This document shows, in pieces, positions 40,781 through 52,700 of a DNA stretch of 64,000 bases. The position numbers were made by a program, and so were the translations under genes. Every line of letters starts with the position of its first letter. Position 1 is the stretch's first letter. The notes under the pieces were generated by a model. That model saw only the letters and a program-made list of their open reading frames with translations, was not told the DNA's origin and did no database searches. Source of the stretch: Podarcis cretensis (Eukaryota); the NCBI GenBank assembly GCA_951804945.1, contig OX638149.1, positions 86,552,001-86,616,000 on the forward strand, read 5' to 3'.

Positions 40781-43700
40781 TCCACTATGTCAACACCATT
40801 ATCCTAGTCCTCGTTGTTTATCTTACGAGGTTCCCAAGGGCTCTTTCAAATTCATAATCTCGGTCGCCCTTCCCACTATTGGATGACCTGGGCCGTTGCT
40901 TTTGCCCATTTTGCAGACGGGAAGTCTGAGGCTGGGAGATCCTAACTTGTTCCAGGTCTCCTAGTCAGTTTGCCTGGGTTTGTTGGTACTCGCTGTGCTT
41001 CCTCAGAGCCCCCCCCCCCACTCCTTTCCCCGGCTCTTGTTCTTCGATATGTTTAGCTTAATTCTATTGTCCCTTTAATCTAGTTAGCAAAAGCAGTGTA
41101 AAGAAATAAAGCTGAAATCCTGTGCGGGCTTACTTGGGAGTTAGCATCATTGAGCACAATGGAATTAAATTTCCAGGTAAATTCCCTGTCTTTCTAGTCA
41201 TGACCCTCTCGTTCTCCAAGGTGGTGCTTGCTCTATTCTGTACACAAAATACACATATACATGCTTCCTTTTTTCCCTCTTGATCCGACCTGTGCCTGTG
41301 GGATTAGACTACTGAACAGGAGACACAATGTTTCTGAGTTCCTGTTCAGTCTCCTGTTCTACCTAGACTACTTGGTTCCTGTGCAACTTTAGTTTGGGCT
41401 GATGCTGCCATTTCAATAGGGATTAGTGTAGTGCTCTTGTGCATATTCGTATAGCAGGTATATTGTGAGAAGTATTGGTGTATGATGAAGGAGGATGCTG
41501 ACACCATGTTACTCTACGACATTAGTGGGGTATCTTTGTTCCACAGGCTCAGTTAGGCCCACCAGATCCTTTCAGCCAAGCCACCCACCTGCCCTACATC
41601 TGCTGTCTATTACAGACAGAGCTTGGATTAAAGGAGCTTTTTCTACGATATTCCTTGCACAGGGCTGCCCAAGCACTGGCTATCAATGGATTGTCAGAGC
41701 TTGGGAAATTCTGTGCACAGGTTGTACATAATCAGCTGTGAGGCTGCCAAGCGTCATGCATAGTGCTCCACAAGACTCAGTGATCAGCTAATCATCACTA
41801 AACCATATAGGCAAAAATGGGTCATCTGTTGTAATTGTGATGCCTGGTGATTGATAGGTAGACAGCCCCACCCACCTGTCAAACTTGGCCTGTGGGGTGG
41901 GTAGGAGAGAGAATGATCTGGACAGGTGACTGGATGCATTTTCTATTTGTGCTCTCCAGCAATCCTAGTACCAGTACAGTGTAGTATAGTTTATATTATG
42001 TACATCCCCTTATTCTTGGGTGTTCTCATTTTTATTTATGTAATATATATTGTATTTATATTTTGCCAATTTCCCAGGTGGCATTCCAGCCAAGCACTAA
42101 CCAGACCCAGATATGCTTTAGTATGTTCCCTGTAGCTTCAGAATATGGGTGTTGTAGGCATGTATAGAAACATCAGTGTATAATTAAATCTGCATCTTTT
42201 AGCTTATTTATTTATTTGTTAAAATTTCCATTGTTATGCACCCCATTGTTATTTAGACTGCAAGCTCTATTTGTTTCTGTTGGGGGTGTTGTTTTGTAAA
42301 GCACAATGTACACTGATTTGTGCGTGCATGTACACATTTATAAGTTTTCTTACCAACCCGTCACCAGAAACACCCATGGGTGGTTACAACAATATAATCA
42401 TATAGTTATTAAAACCAAGTAAAATGTTTATGGTTATAAAACGTAGAGCAGGAAACCCAACCAAAACAGTTTAGATTCACCATAAGAGGAGAGTGCCGCA
42501 AAACAATATACCTTTACTGTCAAAGCCTAGGTCTTTTCAGCATATGGCAGAAACTACAGTGAGGGGGAAATATGTTTGATCCCCCGCTAAATTTGCCCGT
42601 TTGCCCTCTGACAAAGAAATGACCAGTCCATAATTTTAATGGTAGGTTTATTGTAGCTGTGAGAGACAGAATAACAACAGGAAAACCCCCAGAAACCCAG
42701 AAGACAAAAGTCAGAGATTGATGTGCATTATAATGAGTGAAATAAGTATTTGATCCCCTATCAACTAGCCAGATGTCAGGCTACCTGGTATCTTCACTGT
42801 ATGTAAGGAGCTGAGATTAGAAGCACCTGCTGTAAGGGAGACGTCTTACCTGTAATCCCAGCTCGTTACAGTACCTGTACAAAAGACACCTGTCGACAGA
42901 AGCAATCAATCCAGCAGATTCCAAAGTAGCCACCATGACCAAGTCCAAAGAGCTGTCCAAGGATGTCAGGGACAAGATTGTAGACCTGCACAAGGCTGGA
43001 CTGGGCTACAAGACTATTGCCAACTAGCTCGGTGAGAAGGTGACAACAGTTGGTGCAATAATTTGCAAATGGAAGAAACACAAAATAACTGTCAGCCTCC
43101 CTCGGTCTGAGGTGCCATGCAAGATCTCATCTTGTGGAGTCGCAATGATCATGAAAACGGTGATGAAGCTACCCAGAACTACACGGGGGGAACTTGTCAA
43201 TAATCTCAGGGCAGCTGGGACCATAATAACCATGAAAACAGTTGGTATCACACTACGCCGTGAAGGACTGAGATCTTGCAGAGTCCGCAAGGTCCCCTTG
43301 CTCAAGACAGTACATGTTTGCCAATGCACATCTGAATGACCCAGAGGAGAAAGTGTTGTGGTCAGATGAGACCAAAATCGAGCTCTTTGGCATCAACTCA
43401 ACTCGCCATGTTTGGAGGAGGAGGAATGCTGCCTGTGACCCCAAGAACACCATCCCCACTGTCAAACATGGAGGGGGACATATTATGCTTTGGGGGTGTT
43501 TTTCTGCTAAGGGGACAGGACACTTTCACCGCATCGAAGGGACGATGGACGGGACCATGTATTGTCTAATCTTGGGTTTGACAAAAATCGAAAGTCTGTG
43601 AAGGGAGCTGAAGGTTCGAGTAGCTACACATCAGCCTCGAAATCTTACTGACTTGGAGAGGATCTGCAAAGAGGAGTGGGACAAAATACCTCCTGAGATG

Positions 43701-46700
43701 TGTGCAAACCTGGTGGCCACCTACAAGAAACGTCTGACCTGTAATTGGCAACAAGAGTTTTGACACCAAGTACTAAGTCATCTTTTGTGAAGGGATCAAA
43801 TACTTATTTCACTCATTATAATGCACATCAATCTCTGATTTTTGTCTTCTGGGTTTCTGGGGTTTTTCCTGTTGTTATTCTGTCTCTCACAGATACCATA
43901 AACCTACCATTAAAATTATGGACTGGTCATTTCTTTGGCAGAGGGCAAGTGGGCAAATTTAGCATTGTTTGCATCAAATACTTTCCCCCCTCACTGTATA
44001 TGACAAAAACATCTGGGAAGTAAGTTCCACAATTAGAGGCTGCTTCAGGGAAAGCCCTCTCCTGGGCTGCCATTCCCCACACTGAGGGTAGCAGAACTTC
44101 CAAGAAAGCCCGCTTTGCTGATCTTAGTAACCAGTATAGTCTGTTGGGAAGCTGTCTTTCAGGTATTTGGAGCCTAAGTCACTTAAGGCTTTAAACAGCA
44201 ATGTGAGAAGAATGTTTTGCAGCAGCAGTCCACAGAGAGTAGCTGCTATGCAAACAATGCTGGGAGGAACTGATAATATATTTTCTCAAGTGTGAAAGCC
44301 TATTTGAAAACTGTTTTAGGATTTTCCCAGGTGCATGTAAGAATGGTTTTTATTATTTATTTACTCGTGTTTCATACCCTGCAATTTTTAGCCCTGAAGC
44401 CTTTTCAGGCAGCTTATAAATAAAAGCAGCAAAGAATAAGTGCACAACTGTAAAATTCCATAAAATACATTACAGTAGAAAAACAATATAGCATCACTAT
44501 CCAAAAAGCTTAATAAAGAACCAGGTTTTCACTGCCTCTTTCAATGGTTTTCCTGAGGTGGGAGTTCCAAATGATTGTGTTGAGCTGAAAAGGCCTTGTA
44601 AATTCTTGTTGATTTATTTGCTGTAGCCTTTCTCTGATATTGATTTTATTTATCTGTCTGTAAGGGTATTGCCAACCTAGCAGTTCGAAAGCACGTCAAA
44701 GTGCAAGTAGATAAATAGGTACTGCTCCGGCGGGAAGGTAAACGGCATTTCCGCATGCTGCCCTGGTTCGCCAGAAGTGGCTTGGTCATGCTGGCCACAT
44801 GACCCGGAAGCTGTACGCCGGCTCCCTCGGCCAATAAAACGAGATGAGCGCCGCAACCCCAGAGTCGGTCACAACTGGACCTAATGGTCAGGAGTCCCTT
44901 TACCTTTTTTAAAGGGTATTTATAAACTAGTAACACATAAGAAAAATGTCAAGTTGATTGTGTTACAGGCTATCCCCAGCTAATGGGGTCCAGGAGGAAG
45001 GACGTGGTGTTTTGTAGGGTGGTGGTAAGGGGATGGATTAGAGATGAATAGAATCAGATGAGTGATTTTGTGCTGTAGTAGCACATTTAAGGTCAGGCAC
45101 AATCATTAAAACACTGTGTGGAATTTGTGTCTTCTCACTTGAAACAGCACAGAAATTACCCAGGTGGAATGTCTTAACACTCCGGCAACCACATTCTACA
45201 TTGCGTTCAGTAACAATGATTACTCTAACTGGGGGCAAAGATTGTGCTTTCCCACAACAAAGTGTTATGATGCAAGTGCTATGAAAATCAGAGAAGGTGA
45301 CTAGATGTCATGCAGCTGTTTATACATTGCACAGTAAAATGAATCTTCTGGCAAGTAGCTAAGAAATTATTAGAATGGTGTAAAGATGCCTCTACCAAAA
45401 ATGATGTTATGATTGTAATTGGCCAAAACTGAAGTTATAGTTAGTTTTGCTCTTTTTAGCAGCATGCTGCTGTCTCTAAAACTAATTAAAAACAATAAAA
45501 AGCTAATTAGCATAGGGGCTTGTGCCCTAAATAGAGAGTTTCCCTATATCTATATCTCATTCCAGTGTGTCTTAAGTATTTTTTCCCCTATCCCCTAGGA
45601 TTGCTAGTTAAATATGTATGCTAATTAAATTATATACCGTTTTACTCTCTTTAAATGTTGCTTTTGTTTTAGTTATGGTAGAATTTTTGCTATTTCTTCA
45701 AATTATGGCAAATATCTAATGATGTTGTATTTACTGTCATATGTTTCTGCTGTAGAACTGAATTTTTGAACTTGTGTTACCTTTGTTTTAGTTTTTGTAA
45801 TTTTGTATTTAATGCTTATTTTACCAATTTAATGCTGTTAGCCACTTTTAGGGGTTTGTTTTGAATTGAAAAATACAAGTGGGGACCCACAGCAACTAAT
45901 GTAGTGCTGTATTTAGTTCAATAAACAAATTGCTGGTTTAAAGCTTTTAAAATTTGTTGGGGGGAACTTTAATTGCTGGACCTGTGAGTTAAAAGTAGGT
46001 ATTCATTTTGGAGCTTTTTTGATTCACAAATGTTACAGTAATAGAAAATTAAAAATAAAGTGTTAAGGATGGCATTTCTAAGAATGGTTGTATTCAGATG
46101 ATCATATCTTAACTTAGTGAGCTGAGATATGAAGAAAGCTTTTGCCTACTCATGTGACCCTTTTTCTCCTCTCTTCATGGTATGAGCAAACCAAGAAGGC
46201 ATCAACTATAGTTTCCAATTTCATCTGTTTCTTTGCATTTGATTTTTCCAGACGAATTTGAAGTGACTGAAGAGGCTCCAAGGACAGCCCCAAACCCACC
46301 TCAAGCTAGCATGCCTCTTGGGCCTGTAGCTGTCAAACCAACAGGTAGCAAATTTCTCAATTCCCCTTTTAGTGTACTAACTTAATCTGCAGTTATAAAG
46401 GTCAAGTTATTGGTATACAGTGGGTGTGTACCAATCTTAAGAACAGTGTGAAAGCAACAAACAAATCCTTGTGAGAGAAGGATGCTGTCATGGACTGGCT
46501 GGATGCAGAGGAGTAGTCAGAGGCACCAGCTGGGGAACCCCCAACGGAAGAAGGCTCAGAGCCTTCTTGGTGGTGGGACGATGACGAGTGGTCCGAGGGA
46601 GAAGAGGGAGCAGACTGAGAGGAGGAGGTGTCGGAAGATGAAGAGGCAGCAGGGTTTAGTGAGCAGGAAGAGGCTGTGGCAGAGTGCAGTTCAGACTCGG

Positions 46701-49700
46701 ATAGGAGAGGAGGGGGACCAGGAGATAGAGATGAGGCAGGCTGCTGAAGAATGCAGGCAGTTTCCCCCGCCTGCTGCAAGTAGCTCCCTTTCCCCTTGGT
46801 CTCCCAGAACATGCAGAGAAATTAAGAGAGCAGAGCAACGAGAGACAAGATGATGAAGCTTTAAGCTGCTGGGGAAGGAAGGGTGGGGGAAACCTTAGAG
46901 AGCGGTGGGAAGACAGATCCTCAATCCTTGGAACTGCTTCATTGGGGCAAGACCTACTGGGAAGGGTAGCTGTGGCCACCAGGACTGAACTGTTTTGTTT
47001 CTTTGAATAGAGTTGACTTCACTGACATCATTTGCTATATTCACTCACATCATTTGCTATATTGTTTTATTGTTGACCTCTGCCTGACTCCAGCTCCTGA
47101 CAGATGCCTTTAGTGTTGTTTATTAAACAGACGTTTTGTCTTGTGTTTTACCTTAGAAATATCAGGGGTACTTTACTGTGGCTTGTTGCTCATTTTTAGA
47201 GGGGGCTGATTGGATTTAGAGATTATAGAAGGTTGTAAACATTAAGAATTTTGGTCTCAATGCCATCTTTAATATGAAAAAAAAAACCTCAGTCTATTTA
47301 TGTTTGACTGAACTCGTCATTTCAGGACTATGGGACGACTACTTGCTTTTTCAGATTTTTCCATGCAACCATTCCTTGAAAATTAGGGCAGATGAGCTGT
47401 TTATTATTACAGGAAAAACCTGGAAAGCATCTTTCCAGTGTTTATTTCACATTCTAGTGATAAAGCAAAGACAACAGGACTGTCTTTTGTGGATAAAAAA
47501 AGAATTTTGACATTAGTGCAAGGCACTCTGATGTTTCTGACAGATAATTTATTCTGTGCAGTGAGGTGAGACTTGGGAAAGCAACACTAGTGCGAGTGTC
47601 TGCAAGACTGGTTGTATCCAACGTTGCTGTTTCAGTAGCACAGCTGACTTCCACTTGTACAATGAAACTTTCTCCTCCTATCCCCTGCAGCCCCCTGCAC
47701 ATCCTCAAAAACTGGAGGACTCTCTGGAGCAAATTTTCAGGGCTTCTTGGCCTTTTGGCTAAGATCAAGTGTAGGTTATTTTAATACATTATCTCAGTTA
47801 TGGTCACATTGACTTTCTGTTCTAGGTGGCTTATGTTTACTTGGCGCTTATGAAGACAGCGATGAAGAAGACAGTGAGATGTCTGAGAAACCAGCACAGT
47901 CTACAGATGCAAATGGCAATAATTCAACAGACATTGACAGTACCCTGGCCAACTTCCTAGCGGTTAGTAGGAATTCTGTTTTGGTTCATTAAATAATTAA
48001 TCCTGTTGGGTAGAACTTGGGTAGAACGTACAGATATTCACAGCAATACATTACAGTTTCTATGAAAAGGTGTACAACCTTAGACTGATGGATAGATGTT
48101 TTAAATCTTTGATGTATGGGTTGAGCAATTTCTCTTTCTACGTTATTACCAAATATTTAAATGCTCTTAATTTTTTGAGTCAAATGATGTCCTGTTTTAT
48201 CTTACTTGTATTTTTAAAGGAAATAGATGCAATTACAGCACCTTCACAGCCTGCTGAGAACACTGTTCCCTCCACTGCTCCACCTCCAACTCCTCCACGC
48301 CCAGAACCCAAGGAGTCTGCTTCCAGTCTAGTTTTGGCAACTGCAAATGGAACAGACCAGGTGGCTGAGTGGCAGTATGACACTCAGTGCTCCCTGTCAG
48401 GAGGTGAGCTCCATGTAATAGCTTGTGCTACTACACAAGCTTGTATACTAGAGGCATTGCAAGGGTTGATAACCCATGAATTACCATGTCTTTTCTAACT
48501 GAAAGCAATTTGGTTGTGGTGTGAAGATGAAAGTTGGGAGCCTTTTTTGGCTAATCTGCCCAGGTCTATGACTTCAAAGGATTATTAAAGGCAGCTGATG
48601 AATGTTGGGTGGGATAACAATTGAGAGTGATGAGAGAGGATATAATTGCAATCTTCTCTAGGTATATAGAGCAAAGCTGAGGATACTCAGATTGGAGAGG
48701 ATGCTCACTGAAGTCTTGCTTTCTTCCTATAGTTGGAGTGGAGATGGGAGACTGGCAAGAAGTTTGGGATGAAAACACAGGCTGCTATTATTACTGGAAT
48801 ACTCAGACTAATGAGGTTACCTGGGAGCTGCCCCAATACCTTGCAACACAAGTTCAGGGCATCCAGCATTACCAGCCCAGGTAAGAATGGCACAGAAGAG
48901 GAGAGTGAATTGGTACTTTTTTAGTTTCCCTTGCTGAATTTGCTTTTCTCTTAGTTCTGTGGCAGATGCTGAAGAAAACTGCCAAGTGGTTGCAGACCTA
49001 AGCTCCCAGGGAAAAGGTGGTGGTGCTACAGCTGCCAGCAGTGCTGGACGGAGGGCAACTCTTGTGAAGCGTGAATTGAAGAAGGTTAGTATTTGCCTGA
49101 CTGGCTTAAAATAGTTGTTTTTGAATGGAAATTTAAGAGAAGAAAAAACAGCAACCCCACTTTTCTCTATTATATTTGTTTTGCACTGTGTAGGCATCTG
49201 ATTTATTTTTCCAGATGGCAAGAATGAACTGCATGCACTTTAGAGCAAGAACTCCCGTGCAGAGCATGTTCACAGCATAAGTCATATTCTCGGGGTTTTA
49301 TAAATAAATTATAGACAGATCTGTCTTGTTGCATATGGATAATTCAACGGAGTCATAAAAGGATGGGAGGGATTGGATAGCTCAGTGGAAGAGCACAGCG
49401 TTTGTATGTATAAGTTTCTCAATTTGTTTCTGGCATTTCTGTTTAAAAGGATATCAATTACTAAGTCTGGAAAATAGGACTTTTATGCTCTGAGCAATTC
49501 TCATCATCTCATTGGAAGCTCTGATTCCAGGGCCTTTGTTAAATGCTGGGCACACACACTAGCAAACTTTGCAGAATGAGAACTAGAAACTTGTTTTTCT
49601 TTAAGGAGGTTATTCATGTTCTCTGTGACTGATTGCAGGAAGCTAATGATTTAGTGCAAAATCATATTGCCTTCACAGGAAGTGAATGAAGGTATTCAGG

Positions 49701-52700
49701 CCCTTTCAAGTAATGAAGAAGAGAAAAAGGGAGTGGCTGCATCACTGCTGGCTCCACTACTTCCTGAGGTGGTGAAGGAGGAAGAGGAGCGCTGGAGGCG
49801 GAAGGTTATCTGTAAGGAGGAGGTGGATCCATTGGTGGAAGATGATGTAGCACCAGAGCAAGTAGCAACTGTTGCTGATCAGCAGCTGGAAGGCAACCGA
49901 GATATTGGGGAAGACCCTTCTCAGGAGGACCTGTGTAGTGTGGTGCAATCAGGGGAGAGTGCAGAGGAGGAAGAGGAGCAGGATACTCTTGAGCTAGAGA
50001 TGGTATTGGAGAGGAAGAAGGTAAGTCATTTGCAGTGAAGTTGTGGAAACTTTTCTATGAGCCATTTGCCTCTCTCTGCTGTCTATTTGATAAATGGCCC
50101 ACTACTGAAACTTCACTGAGGGCTATGCATGATTTTTTTAAACAAATCACTGAATTGATGCAGAAATTTTGAGAACAGCAGAGGGCAAGGCAAGTTGTTT
50201 CCTTCATTCCTCGTTATGTTGCAAACAACAGTCATTAGCTGTCTCAAGGAGGTGTTGCTTTTTCTAGTCACAAAGTACTGTGCTGTGGTTTCAGTAGTGT
50301 AACTCTTTGAGAAGACTTTTTTTTATATTGTGTCCCCTCCCCCCTTTCCAAGGTTGTGGCTGGCCTGCCATTGGTCTTTAATTTTGATTGATCAATTTCA
50401 GTTATATACCACCTTTCTGCCAAAGTATTCAAAGAAGTTTATAGCTTTAAAATACTTAAACAAATGAATTATATAAAATGTAAAGTTGGTCCTGTTGTGG
50501 GGAATGCACAGCTCGACTTGAGTAGGCCCTGATCCTATCTTTGCTTGCCTGCCTCCTCAACTTGATTCTTCCTTTTCAATATATGACGGTTTAAGAAGGG
50601 TGCACAAGTAGCAATCCTGCATCTGAAACCTCTTAAAACTATACAAGCAGCCTGAGTTTGTCTCTAATCAGGTGCAGGCGGAACCTTTGCATTTAACAGG
50701 ATAACTTCATGGAAAAGATAAATGTCTTATTTTTCTGCAATGTTGAAGCCTACTGCCTCTGAAGTAATCTCTGTCCAGAGAAGTTGTACTAGGGGAGAAT
50801 GGACATGTAGACAAATGTAGAGGAATAGGAAGAGAAACAAATAAGTTGCTCCCCAGCACTGAAGTAATGTTTTGCCTTATAGGCAGAGCTACGTGCTTTA
50901 GAAGAAGGTGATGGGAGTATTTCGGGTTCCAGTCCACTTTCTGATGGAAGTCAGTCAGAGTTAGCACGACGGTTGCTACCCAAGCAAGGAAAATGGAAGC
51001 TCTTTGGGGTTGCCAGCCCAGAATCCACCAGCCGAGGGTCTAGCAAGACAGGTCAAGAGAGTCCTGAACCTGGACAAGCAGGTAAGAGTCTCCTGCTTAG
51101 GATCCTTTTTGGTTCTTCAGTTATATCTAGTGCTACTAAGGAGGGAAACTATTGGTGGAATTTAGCATTGCACTATTATGAACATTCTGTCTGTGCAACC
51201 ATTTTAGCATGTCAGATGGAACAATCCCTCCTCTCCTCCCCCTGTGTGCTGTTTGGCACGTTCTCCAGACCTCCACCCCTGAGCCAGTTTGAAAGTACAG
51301 GGGACAGGGGGAAACCTTGTTGCATAAGGAGAAACCCTTGCCCAGAGCTTCTGCTGATGGGCTCCTTAGGTGAATCCCACCCTTAAGTTTTTAAAGTGGG
51401 TATTAAGTGTGTCTCCCCAAGATTGAGGTAGGAAGATACTGGTCACGCCAATAATTCCAATCCAGTGTCTGAAATGGTCTTTTGTGTTAAAGAAAAACAT
51501 AATACAACATAGTAGGTTGAAAAGGCAGGATTCTCCTCCCCACCCTTCCCCTAGTAAATTGCCTATCATTCTTCTTACCTATGCCAGTCCATTGTAAAAG
51601 GGAAGATATACTGGGCACTAAATGGAGAATGACTTACAAACACTCCCCACCCCCTCTTGTTTTCTGTTCAGCGGTGAAAGAAGAACCAGAAGTGGCTGAG
51701 CAGAACTCGGACAATGAGCCAGACACAGAGGAATTGCAAGACAAAGTGAAAACACAAGGGACTTTCAAAGCAGAAGATGAGGAGCAGGACTTAAAGGTAT
51801 GTGGGTTTATGGTTCTGCTGTGAAACCTAAGCAATATTACTTGAGGCAGTTCACACATTTCCAAATGTCTTCAAATTGAGTTGGCTTTTTTCTCCTTTCT
51901 ACTTTCTTTTCTTCAGTCAGTTGAAATTGCCACACAGGTATCGGTCCTTTTCATGGCATGATTAGGTGCTGCTATACTGATTGGAGATACCAAAAGTATG
52001 CAATTGATTATTGACTGTTTGGAATCTGAGCACACAATGAATGTGTACACATGAAGTTTGTAGTTCAACTCAGTTTGAAACTGCCACCCTTCTTGTGGGT
52101 TATATTGGCCTTTAGATCCCTATCAGTACTTAACCTTGGCTAGGAGACTTCAAAGCTGTGTAGCTTTATTGTGCAGAGTAGTTTTGAAATTCTTCTAGGT
52201 TATTATTCCGTAGGGGTGCTTCTGATACTGCTTTTTAGTGACGTGTGTCAGGTATTAGTAGCAAATAATGTATTTCTTGATGGGAATTAGGAAGGTCTGG
52301 CACTTAAATGCAGTTGTTAATGTCTGTCAGAAATACTTAGTTGGAAATAACATTCAGCCATTATGTTCTTTGTGTGTTCCCTGTACCTATTATCCCTGTA
52401 TTAAGTGTTGCTGTTTAGAAGATGTTGGCACTGGGAAATGGGACAGTCTCTTCTTGTGTGAGAATAAATTGAAAATAGTTGCATTAGCCATATGGATTAT
52501 CCATGTGTAACACTCGAGTTAAAAGTAGAGAAAATATTAGATAGCCTCAACGTATTCCTGCAAAATGGCTGCTAATGCTGTGGGCAGAGCATACTTTCAG
52601 AATTTGGCACAATTTTTTGCCAATTGTAAGTTACTGGTCAGATCACACCTCTTTTTGTTAAAACAGATGGTGTCTTGTACACTTCAGCATTGCAATTGCC

